NCBI GenBank assembly: GCA_041678505.1
Contig: JBAYOB010000001.1
Location: forward strand, 1,667 to 65,666
Source of the DNA: Candidatus Dojkabacteria bacterium
GTDB taxonomy: Bacteria; Patescibacteriota; Dojkabacteria; SC72
Direction: 5' to 3'
DNA: 64,000 bases
Part shown: piece by piece, positions 38,717 to 46,521 of the stretch
Layout of the letters: every line of letters starts with the position of its first letter
How positions within the stretch are numbered: position 1 is the first letter of the stretch
The notes under the pieces: generated by a model
Seen by the model: only the letters and a program-made list of their open reading frames with translations
The model's database searches: none
What the model was told of the DNA's origin: nothing
Translations under genes and position numbers: made by a program

Positions 38717-39824
38717 TTTGTTCTTCTTCTTTTAATAATTGATTCATTATCCCATCTCTTGTCTCTTTTATTACTTCTTCTAGATTACCATTTATTATAG
38801 AATCGACATCAAACCAAGATTTTTTAATCCTATGATCAGTTATGCGACTTTGAGGGAAGTTGTATGTCCTTATCTTCTCAGATCTCATAGCAGAACCAAT
38901 TAATTTAGATCTCATACTTCCTCTCTTAGCACTTTCTTCCTGAATTTTTTTGTCATACAATCTTGCTCTGAGTATGGTCATAGCTTTCTCTTTGTTTTGT
39001 GCTTGGAATTTAGTTTCTTGACAACTAACAGAGATTTTACTTGGAATATGAGTAATTCTAACAGCTGAATCAGTCTTGTTTACGCTCTGTCCTCCAGCAC
39101 CAGAAGATCTCATCACCTCAATATTTAGATCTTCAGGATTAATCTGTACATCAATCTCTTTTGCTTCAGGTAAGACGGCAACGGAGGCTGTAGATGTATG
39201 TATCCTGCCAGATGATTCAGTAGTAGGTACTCTTTGTACTCTGTGAACACCACTTTCATATTTAAGCTCTCCATACACATTTTTACCCTCTATTTGAGCT
39301 ATAACCTCCTTGTAACCTCCAGACTCTGATATGCTTGTTTCAACTAAGTTAACTATCCATCCTTTTTTAGATGCATAGTTCTTGTACATACGGAAAAGGT
39401 CTGCAGCAAAAAGAGAAGCTTCTTCTCCACCAGCACCAGCCCTGATCTCTAAAACAGTTGATCTGCTGTCATCCTCTCCAGAGAATTTTTTGGAAATCTT
39501 CATCTTTTGAATATGTTTGTCTAGTTTCTCTATTTCATCCATCAAGATATTTATCTCTTCCTGTGCCATCTCTTTTATCTCATGGTCACTCTCTGTTTCT
39601 AAGAGTTCTTGTGCGTTCTTTAAATCCTTTATACTTTTTAATATCTGAGCTGTATTTGAGGATAATTCAGAGTAGTAGGAGAGTTCGCTACTAATCTGGG
39701 ACATATTATCACTATTTTCTTTGTAATCAGAGAGCTTACTTTCTAACTCTTTCACTTTCTCCTGTGCACTGTTCTTACTGTATTTTTTCTCTAAAGCAAT
39801 AATATCCATAGTGGATGATATCAT
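38709..39824 (-). CDS. prfA: Peptide chain release factor 1
   Basis: It has the GGQ motif 'SGAGGQSVNKTDSAVRITHIP' and a PxT-type tripeptide in 'RVPTTESSGRIHTS'. Confidence 0.85.
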   Translation of the reverse strand: MISSTMDIIALEKKYSKNSAQEKVKELESKLSDYKENSDNMSQISSELSYYSELSSNTAQILKSIKDLKNAQELLETESDHEIKEMAQEEINILMDEIEKLDKHIQKMKISKKFSGEDDSRSTVLEIRAGAGGEEASLFAADLFRMYKNYASKKGWIVNLVETSISESGGYKEVIAQIEGKNVYGELKYESGVHRVQRVPTTESSGRIHTSTASVAVLPEAKEIDVQINPEDLNIEVMRSSGAGGQSVNKTDSAVRITHIPSKISVSCQETKFQAQNKEKAMTILRARLYDKKIQEESAKRGSMRSKLIGSAMRSEKIRTYNFPQSRITDHRIKKSWFDVDSIINGNLEEVIKETRDGIMNQLLKEEEQSE

Positions 39825-39847
39825 TTTAAAATATTAATGGGAATTTG

Positions 39848-40183
39848 CTATCTACTAATCTTTGCGTTTTCAAGCATATCTTTAAGAGTAAGGGTAGAGG
39901 AGGGTTGACTCTCCATTTTATGAGTTTTCTCTCTTCTCTTCTCCATTTTTTCTCTTTTAGATTTGTAAGAAAGACCTTTTGATTTCTCTACTCTATCAGT
40001 ATATTTCTTAACAAGATTATCAGTATCAACTATTTTTTGCTCTCCTGTGTAGAAAGGATGACATTTAGAACATATTTCAACATTAATCTCATCTGAATCC
40101 AGGGTGGAGCCTGTAACAAAAGAATTACCACAAGAGCAGGTGATTTTTACAGTGTTGTATTTTGGGTGTATGTCCTTTTTCAT
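39848..40183 (-). CDS. rpmE: 50S ribosomal protein L31 with a ~40-aa basic C-terminal extension
   Basis: The N-terminus '[22 protein letters not shown]...[10 protein letters not shown]' is the L31 zinc-ribbon core. Confidence 0.8.
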   Translation of the reverse strand: MKKDIHPKYNTVKITCSCGNSFVTGSTLDSDEINVEICSKCHPFYTGEQKIVDTDNLVKKYTDRVEKSKGLSYKSKREKMEKRREKTHKMESQPSSTLTLKDMLENAKISR

Positions 40184-40268
40184 AACGACAGTGATTATAT
40201 CAGAAGGATATGGAGCTGTCTACAAGGGATTCTTGCACTAACTTTAATTAAGATGGTATATTGTATTT

Positions 40269-40490
40269 ATGCAATATCCTAAAAAATTACAGAACAGAAT
40301 AAGGAGGACGGAGGGTCAAGTTACTGCTGTTAGGAAAATGATTGTAAATGGAGAAACTGATGAAAAGGTTATGATTCAACTACAGGCATGCATATCCTCT
40401 TTGGAGAGTCTAAAAACAGAACTTATCAAGCAGCAAATGAAAGAATCTATGGTTTCTGATGTTAAAAAATCTTTAGGACTAGAGGATTAG
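40269..40490 (+). CDS. CsoR/RcnR/FrmR-family (DUF156) metal/stress-sensing transcriptional repressor-like protein
   Basis: The segment 'LQNRIRRTEGQVTAVRKMIVNGETDEKVMIQLQACISSLESL' matches the family core (L.RI.GQV..V.RM...C.D....A). The first conserved Cys is absent. Confidence 0.55.
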   Translation: MQYPKKLQNRIRRTEGQVTAVRKMIVNGETDEKVMIQLQACISSLESLKTELIKQQMKESMVSDVKKSLGLED

Positions 40491-40579
40491 AGAAAAGAAT
40501 ACTGCCCAATTAGAGAATTTGCTATACTAGAAACACTAGGTTCTTGATATGAGTGTACTAATTTAAAAAGAAAAACAAA

Positions 40580-41227
40580 ATGAAGATAAAAAAAGTAGGG
40601 TGGGTTAGTTTTTTGTTAAATGGAGATGATATAACGGCTCTTACAGATCCGCTTGAACTCTTGAAAGCACAGAAGAATTTCCCAAAAACTAAAACAGATG
40701 TATGTCTTTTTACAAATTATGAAAAAGATATTAAAGAGAGTATTTTAAAGGATAACGGTATAGATAGTAAAATAGTAGGTGAGAAGAGAGAGAATGTAAT
40801 GGAGATAAATCTTCCTGGAGAATATGAGATAGGGGGATTAATGATTAGGAGAGGGATAGGAGAAGATTTTTTTGTAATAGATGAGGGTACTCTTCGAATA
40901 GTGTATATGGGGGATACAGATAATAGTTTTGATCCAGAGAAGGTTTCTAACTTAGGGGATGTTGATGTGTTAATCATTCCTGTTGGTGATGGCGTTGATT
41001 ATATGGATTTTGATAAAATAGAGAAGGTTATTTCTAATACGGACCCAGCAATATTAATACCTTGTGCATATCGAGAAGAATTTAAAGGGAATAGTAATTT
41101 AAAAACAAAAGATGAGTTTATAAAGCATTTTGGTTTTGCTAATGTTAGAGATGAGAACTATCTGAAAGTTGATAAAAGAAAAGTGGAATTAGATCAACAG
41201 AGTGTGGAAGTTGTATTTTTACAATAA
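40580..41227 (+). CDS. Degenerate MBL-fold (UPF0173-like) protein lacking the HxHxDH motif, hypothetical
   Basis: The N-terminus 'MKIKKVGWVSFLLNGDDITALTDP' parallels UPF0173 'MKITYLGHSAFLIE...IDPF'. The His ligands are replaced. Confidence 0.3.
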   Translation: MKIKKVGWVSFLLNGDDITALTDPLELLKAQKNFPKTKTDVCLFTNYEKDIKESILKDNGIDSKIVGEKRENVMEINLPGEYEIGGLMIRRGIGEDFFVIDEGTLRIVYMGDTDNSFDPEKVSNLGDVDVLIIPVGDGVDYMDFDKIEKVISNTDPAILIPCAYREEFKGNSNLKTKDEFIKHFGFANVRDENYLKVDKRKVELDQQSVEVVFLQ

Positions 41228-41233
41228 TTTAAT

Positions 41234-42553
41234 ATGGCGGAAATAAAAAAAATACCACCACAAAATATAGAGGTAGAGCAATCTTTACTATCCTGTATGT
41301 TGATGGATAAAGATGCAATTATAGCTGTATCAGGTTGGCTTTTACCCGAGCATTTTTATGATGACAGACATGTTTTAATATACTCAAGTATTTTAGAACT
41401 TTTTAATGAAGGTCTTCCTGTAGATTTAATTACACTAACAGATAATCTTAAAAAGAAGAAGAAATTAACAGGGATAGGGGGAAGAGCCTACTTAGCAGAT
41501 TTGGCTACAATGGTTGCTACTTCTGCACATGCAGAGGAGTATGGTGAGATTATAAAAGAGAGTGCTACTAGAAGAGGTCTTATAAGTGCAGCAAGGCATA
41601 TTACTGAGTTTGCTTTTAATGAATCAACTAGTATAGATGAGGTAATAGATAAATCAGAGAAACAGGTTTTTGAAGTTGCACAGGCGGGTACAAAAGCAAA
41701 CTTTGTTCATATTAAGGATTTGCTAAAAGATGCCTATGAGAGGGCAGAGAGGGCAGATAAAGATGAGGCATATTTAGGAGTATCTACAGGTTTCAAAGAC
41801 CTAGATGATCTTCTTGGTGGTTTCCAAAAGTCAGATCTTGTTATACTTGCAGCTAGACCATCTGTAGGGAAAACAGCATTAGCATTAGATATGATGAGAC
41901 ATGCTGCTTTGGTAGAGGGGAAAACGGTTGCTTTCTTCTCTCTTGAAATGTCCAAGACACAGATTATGGATAGGTTGTTGGGTATGCAGTCAGGCATCCC
42001 ATTTTGGGAAATTAGAACTGGAAGACTGAGTGATAAAAAGTTTATGAAATTAGCAGATACAATGGGAGAGCTGGCCGATGCAAATATATATGTAGATGAT
42101 CAAGCGGGACAGCATATCAACGCACTAAGAACAAAGGCAAGAAGACTTGCAATAGAGAGAGGGGTAGATATTATTTTCGTAGACTATCTTCAATTAATGC
42201 ATGGCAATAGTAAGGAGAGTAGGACATTAGAAGTTGGAGAGATATCTCAAGGTTTAAAGAATATAGCAAAAGAGTTAGATATCCCAGTGGTAGGGATATC
42301 TCAACTATCTCGTGCTATTGAACAGAGACAGAGTAGGAGACCTCAACTATCTGATTTGCGAGAGTCTGGTTCTATAGAACAGGATGCGGATGTAGTTATG
42401 TTTGTTGACAGAGAAGAGGCATGGAATCCCGATACTGAGGAGAAAGGCTTAGGTGAATTAATTGTTGCAAAGCATAGAAATGGTCCTACAGGTGTTGTTA
42501 AGTTGGCTTTCATAAATGAGATTGCCAGTTTTAGGAATTTGTATAAAAAGTAG
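41234..42553 (+). CDS. dnaB: Replicative DNA helicase DnaB
   Basis: The N-terminal motif is 'IEVEQSLLSCMLMD'. The Walker A is 'ARPSVGKTALAL'. The RecA-like C-terminal domain is present. Confidence 0.9.
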   Translation: MAEIKKIPPQNIEVEQSLLSCMLMDKDAIIAVSGWLLPEHFYDDRHVLIYSSILELFNEGLPVDLITLTDNLKKKKKLTGIGGRAYLADLATMVATSAHAEEYGEIIKESATRRGLISAARHITEFAFNESTSIDEVIDKSEKQVFEVAQAGTKANFVHIKDLLKDAYERAERADKDEAYLGVSTGFKDLDDLLGGFQKSDLVILAARPSVGKTALALDMMRHAALVEGKTVAFFSLEMSKTQIMDRLLGMQSGIPFWEIRTGRLSDKKFMKLADTMGELADANIYVDDQAGQHINALRTKARRLAIERGVDIIFVDYLQLMHGNSKESRTLEVGEISQGLKNIAKELDIPVVGISQLSRAIEQRQSRRPQLSDLRESGSIEQDADVVMFVDREEAWNPDTEEKGLGELIVAKHRNGPTGVVKLAFINEIASFRNLYKK

Positions 42554-42611
42554 GGTCTAGTCCTCATAAAGGCTTTTTTGTATAATTACACCAAGACTTA
42601 ATTATAGATTA

Positions 42612-42695
42612 GGTCGAGTGGTGGAATCGGCAGACACGCGGGACTCAAAATCCCGTGCTAGCAATAGCGTGAGGGTTCAACTCCCTCCTCGACCA
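42612..42695 (+). tRNA. tRNA-Leu (anticodon CAA), with a long variable arm
   Basis: The acceptor GGTCGAG pairs with CTCGACC. The anticodon stem GGGA/TCCC flanks the loop CTCAAAA, giving anticodon CAA. The T-arm is GGTTCAACTCC. The architecture matches E. coli tRNA-Leu(CAA). Confidence 0.8.
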
Positions 42696-42720
42696 TATAT
42701 ATACTTTTTAAAAATATATT

Positions 42721-43440
42721 ATGGAAGACTTTATTCTTAATTTACTTGAAAGTATTGGTAATATAGACTTTACTTTCATATGGGAGATATTCCTTTATTC
42801 ATTAATTGTATTCTGGGTAGTTGTCCTCTATTGGGTATGGCTTGATTCAGGAGAGAGAACTTCTAACAAAACAGTTAAATTTTCATATGTACTTTTAGTT
42901 GCAGTATTGAATATAGTTGGGTTGATAATATATTTGATCATTAGACCTACACAAACAATAGAAGAGATCTATTGGAGTGATTTAGAAAGAAGGTATTTAA
43001 AATATGAGACAGCAGAATTAGGAGATTGTACAAAATGTGGAAGACAGCTGTTCCCAGGTTTTAACTTTTGTCCACATTGTAGAGAAACAATTAAAATTAA
43101 ATGTCCTAATTGTAAAGTAAATATAGATAAAAGGAGTAAATTTTGTCCATTTTGTGGTACCTTGATAGAGCAAAGGGTAAGTCCTGAACAAGAGTCTCCA
43201 TCAAAAGAAGTTATGGAACAACAGATTCAAGCTGTTAGGGAAGAGGCTACACAGGTAGTAGAGTCTAAAGGTACTAAATATACTACAAAGAAAAGCTTTG
43301 TTGTTAAAATAGGTGAGTCTATTATAGGAGGGTACAAAATCATAGGGCGAAAACTGAAAAATTTAAGTAAGAAGAAACCTAAAAGAGATAAGAAAAGTAA
43401 AAAAGAAAAGAGTAAATCTGAAAACGAGAAAGAGGAATAG
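42721..43440 (+). CDS. Membrane protein with a double zinc-ribbon (CxxC x4) and a lysine-rich C-terminal tail
   Basis: It has 2 TM helices followed by 'CTKCGRQLFPGFNFCPHC...CPNCKVNIDKRSKFCPFCG'. Confidence 0.5.
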   Translation: MEDFILNLLESIGNIDFTFIWEIFLYSLIVFWVVVLYWVWLDSGERTSNKTVKFSYVLLVAVLNIVGLIIYLIIRPTQTIEEIYWSDLERRYLKYETAELGDCTKCGRQLFPGFNFCPHCRETIKIKCPNCKVNIDKRSKFCPFCGTLIEQRVSPEQESPSKEVMEQQIQAVREEATQVVESKGTKYTTKKSFVVKIGESIIGGYKIIGRKLKNLSKKKPKRDKKSKKEKSKSENEKEE

Positions 43441-43503
43441 AATATTTTCTGAGAAATACAGATTTGTGTTATCATTATTTATGTAATTTTAATCTAACGA
43501 TTT

Positions 43504-44340
43504 GTGTATCGGGCTTTTATAAGTAACCTTGAAAAGATACTGTTAGGGATTAATCCTTTAATACTGTTTTTATTAGTTGTTTTTATAGGATTATTTGTCT
43601 TCTGGAGAGGCTGTATATCAACAAGGAAAAACAACTCCTCTATTTTTGATACCTTCTTACTTTCTTTGTTCTCTGGAGTAATTTTTGGCAGAATCTCCTT
43701 TATAATAAATAATTCTGCCTCTTACATATCTAAAATATGGTACTGGCTCCCTTATGAGAAATATGGAGATGAGATTTATCTTTTTAGATTACTACCATGG
43801 AGGTTCTTTAGAGTATGGGACTGGGGCATAGATATCTTCTCTATGAGTATTGGTTTCCTGATAATGACATCTGTCTGGTCTCTGTTTGTTAAAAAGTGGA
43901 AATGGAGTGATATCTTTACAACAATTTTCTTTACAGTACAAGTGATGTTAGGGATAGCTTTTTTGATACTAGGAGGATCTAGTTCAAATGAATCATGGAT
44001 GTTAGAAGGTTTACTTATGCTTCTGATGCCTTTGATTCTACTTTTTCTCAAAAATTCAACAAAAGTTATTAACAAGAAGAAAAAATTTGATAAAGCGGCT
44101 ATGGTACTTGATGTTTTCTTCATATTACTTAGTACACTGTATATCTCTCATACCTATCTAACAATGGATATCTCTAAGATAGAGAGAGGTGGTGTCATAT
44201 TCTTTATCCTCTGGGCTGTTTTAGGCACATTTTTTTACATATTGGATTCTAGAAAGGACTATGTAACTATAGAGAAAGTTTCATCAGTAAGAGAAATATC
44301 TCCAATAGAGATGAACCATCCAATAAAATTACCTAAATAA
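43504..44340 (+). CDS. lgt: Prolipoprotein diacylglyceryl transferase-like membrane protein
   Basis: 'LFSGVIFGRISF' and 'LFRLLPWRFFRVWDWGIDIFSMSIGFLIM' parallel the Lgt segments 'FLGGRIGY' and 'LYLFRVWDGGMSFHGGLIG'. Confidence 0.5.
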   Translation: MYRAFISNLEKILLGINPLILFLLVVFIGLFVFWRGCISTRKNNSSIFDTFLLSLFSGVIFGRISFIINNSASYISKIWYWLPYEKYGDEIYLFRLLPWRFFRVWDWGIDIFSMSIGFLIMTSVWSLFVKKWKWSDIFTTIFFTVQVMLGIAFLILGGSSSNESWMLEGLLMLLMPLILLFLKNSTKVINKKKKFDKAAMVLDVFFILLSTLYISHTYLTMDISKIERGGVIFFILWAVLGTFFYILDSRKDYVTIEKVSSVREISPIEMNHPIKLPK

Positions 44341-44344
44341 AAAT

Positions 44345-45313
44345 ATGGAAGAAAGGGTAGGGAAAAGATTAGATCTGTTTCTATCAGAATATTTGAAAGG
44401 AAAGGGGTATTCTGTTTTCTCTAGAGCTTTTTTACAAGAAAACTGGGGTAAATTAATTTCTGTTAATAACTCTTTTCCTAAGCCTTCATACAGATTGAAG
44501 ATAGATGATAAGGTGGTAGTAAATTGGGAAAAAATCAAAAGATTAGAGAGCAGTTTAGATAGAAGTGAGAATATTCTAGGAGAAGAGGGTGATTTAGATA
44601 TACTGTTTGAAGAAGATAGTTTTTTGATAGTAGATAAGCCAAAGGGTATAGTTATCCATCCAGGAATTGGTAATCTATCAAATACTTTGGCAAATAAGGT
44701 TAGAGGATATCTTGAAACTAAAGGAGAGTATGAGAAAGATTTAAAAAGAGCAGGTTTAGTACATAGGTTAGATAAGGGGGTGTCAGGAGTTATGGTTTTT
44801 GCAAAAACATCTGCTATGCAAGAAAATCTACAAGAACAGTTTGAATCACATAGGACAAAAAAAATATATCTGGCACAAGTAAGATACAAACAACTAACTC
44901 CTGATTTTCAAAATCTAATACCAGCGGAGAAATTAGATATATATAATGAGATAGAGAGATTAGAGAGTAAAAACTTTGTTTTTAATTCTGAATGGCACAA
45001 GGTGGAGGGATATATAGGGAGAAGTGATAGAAATAGAATAAAGATGCTTTTTAAAAGATATAAGAGTAAAGGAGCTAGAGATTCAATCTCATATATCAAA
45101 CCAATATCTCAAGATCAACTTTTAATATCAATAGAAACAGGTAGGATGCATCAAATAAGGGCTACATTAGAATATATGGGAATATACATAGTAGGCGATA
45201 CTTTGTATCAAAAAAGTAAAGGAAAAGAGATCCCAGATAAAATAGAATTAAGGTCGATATTTCTCTCATTTTTTGATTTAAATGGGGAATATTTTTCAAT
45301 ATGTAAAATATAG
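44345..45313 (+). CDS. rluD: RluA-family 23S rRNA pseudouridine synthase (RluD-like) with an N-terminal S4 domain
   Basis: The catalytic motif is 'LVHRLDKGVSGVMVFAKT'. Confidence 0.8.
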   Translation: MEERVGKRLDLFLSEYLKGKGYSVFSRAFLQENWGKLISVNNSFPKPSYRLKIDDKVVVNWEKIKRLESSLDRSENILGEEGDLDILFEEDSFLIVDKPKGIVIHPGIGNLSNTLANKVRGYLETKGEYEKDLKRAGLVHRLDKGVSGVMVFAKTSAMQENLQEQFESHRTKKIYLAQVRYKQLTPDFQNLIPAEKLDIYNEIERLESKNFVFNSEWHKVEGYIGRSDRNRIKMLFKRYKSKGARDSISYIKPISQDQLLISIETGRMHQIRATLEYMGIYIVGDTLYQKSKGKEIPDKIELRSIFLSFFDLNGEYFSICKI

Positions 45314-45318
45314 TTAAG

Positions 45319-46512
45319 ATGAAGAGAAGAAGAAACGTTAAAAGGAAAAAAAAGAATAAGATTGATATAAAGGCTATAATTTTACCTCTTTTATTAATAG
45401 GTTTAATTATCTATATAATATATTTCCTAATGCTGTTTTTTGGCATAGAGACAGTTGATTCTGTTGCAGAGAATATCGCCTCATATACAATCCTATCTCA
45501 AGAAAAAGGTGATGTAGAAAAAACTATGTTCCTCTTTGAGAAAGAGGTAGAGGATTTAAGGAGGATTTCTGATATATATGTACTCTTGCAGAATAAAAAT
45601 AGAGGAATCTCTTTATTAATCTATGTCCCTGGAAGTATATATTTTGAAGGATTAGAAGAAGAATTTGGTAACCCTATCTCTATCTCCTCTCTTAGATATG
45701 CAGGAGATTTTCTACAGGAGGATAGGGGAGTGGAGTATGCTCTGTGGCAATTGAGTGAGATACTTGGTTTTAAGGTACAAAACTATATTTGGATAACTAC
45801 AGAGGCATATGAAAAAATACTTGAAATTTATGGTGAACCAAGTCTTCTTAAAGAGAAGGATAAATTAGCATATCATCCATCTGTTAATAAAGAGCTTACG
45901 GATTCTTTTTTCCAACTAAGCACTTTCTCTTCAAATGTTTCTGCTACGGATACATTCTTAAAGATACGTCAGATAAAAGAATTAGATGGGCAAATATTTT
46001 CTAATCTTTCATTTTTCAATGTGATGCAAAGGTTAAGTTCTTTTAAAAAAGAAGTGGAAAATACAGAGGCATATGCTTTGGATATTAGTAGATCCAATTT
46101 TTCCACGGAAAAATTTTCAGAGAATGGAGGTGTAGTTTCAAGTATGAATATAAAGGAGTACGATAAGGTATTGAGAAACTATGTTTTCAAAATGATAGAC
46201 AAAGAATTAGAGAAGGAAAGAGTTAGAGTAGAGGTATACAATGGGACAGATGTTGCTGGGAGGGCTCTGATTTATTCAAGAAAAATACAGAATAGTGGCT
46301 GTGATGTTGTAAGGTTTGGAAATGCGCCTGTTGGACATGAGAGAACCCAAATATATATATCAGATAAAAATCAGTTTAAAAATTCTCTAAAAGTCATATC
46401 GGATGTGCTTTTAGGAAGATTTGAAATGTTAGAGGAGAGACCTTCTTTTATGACAACAGGAGATATTGTAATAATATTAGGTGATGATATTGCTCATACA
46501 GAGATATTTTAG
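45319..46512 (+). CDS. LytR-CpsA-Psr (LCP)-like membrane-anchored protein with a LytR_C-type C-terminal domain
   Basis: An N-terminal TM helix is followed by a degenerate LCP-like core. The C-terminal segment 'RVEVYNGTDVAGRALIYSRKIQNSGCDVVRFGNAP' resembles LytR_C. Confidence 0.4.
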   Translation: MKRRRNVKRKKKNKIDIKAIILPLLLIGLIIYIIYFLMLFFGIETVDSVAENIASYTILSQEKGDVEKTMFLFEKEVEDLRRISDIYVLLQNKNRGISLLIYVPGSIYFEGLEEEFGNPISISSLRYAGDFLQEDRGVEYALWQLSEILGFKVQNYIWITTEAYEKILEIYGEPSLLKEKDKLAYHPSVNKELTDSFFQLSTFSSNVSATDTFLKIRQIKELDGQIFSNLSFFNVMQRLSSFKKEVENTEAYALDISRSNFSTEKFSENGGVVSSMNIKEYDKVLRNYVFKMIDKELEKERVRVEVYNGTDVAGRALIYSRKIQNSGCDVVRFGNAPVGHERTQIYISDKNQFKNSLKVISDVLLGRFEMLEERPSFMTTGDIVIILGDDIAHTEIF

Positions 46513-46521
46513 TTAAGATAG

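Noticed and set aside
42554-42611. Terminator between dnaB and tRNA-Leu (aaggcttttttg)
   Set aside because: Only a 3-bp potential stem precedes the T-run. That is too weak to call.
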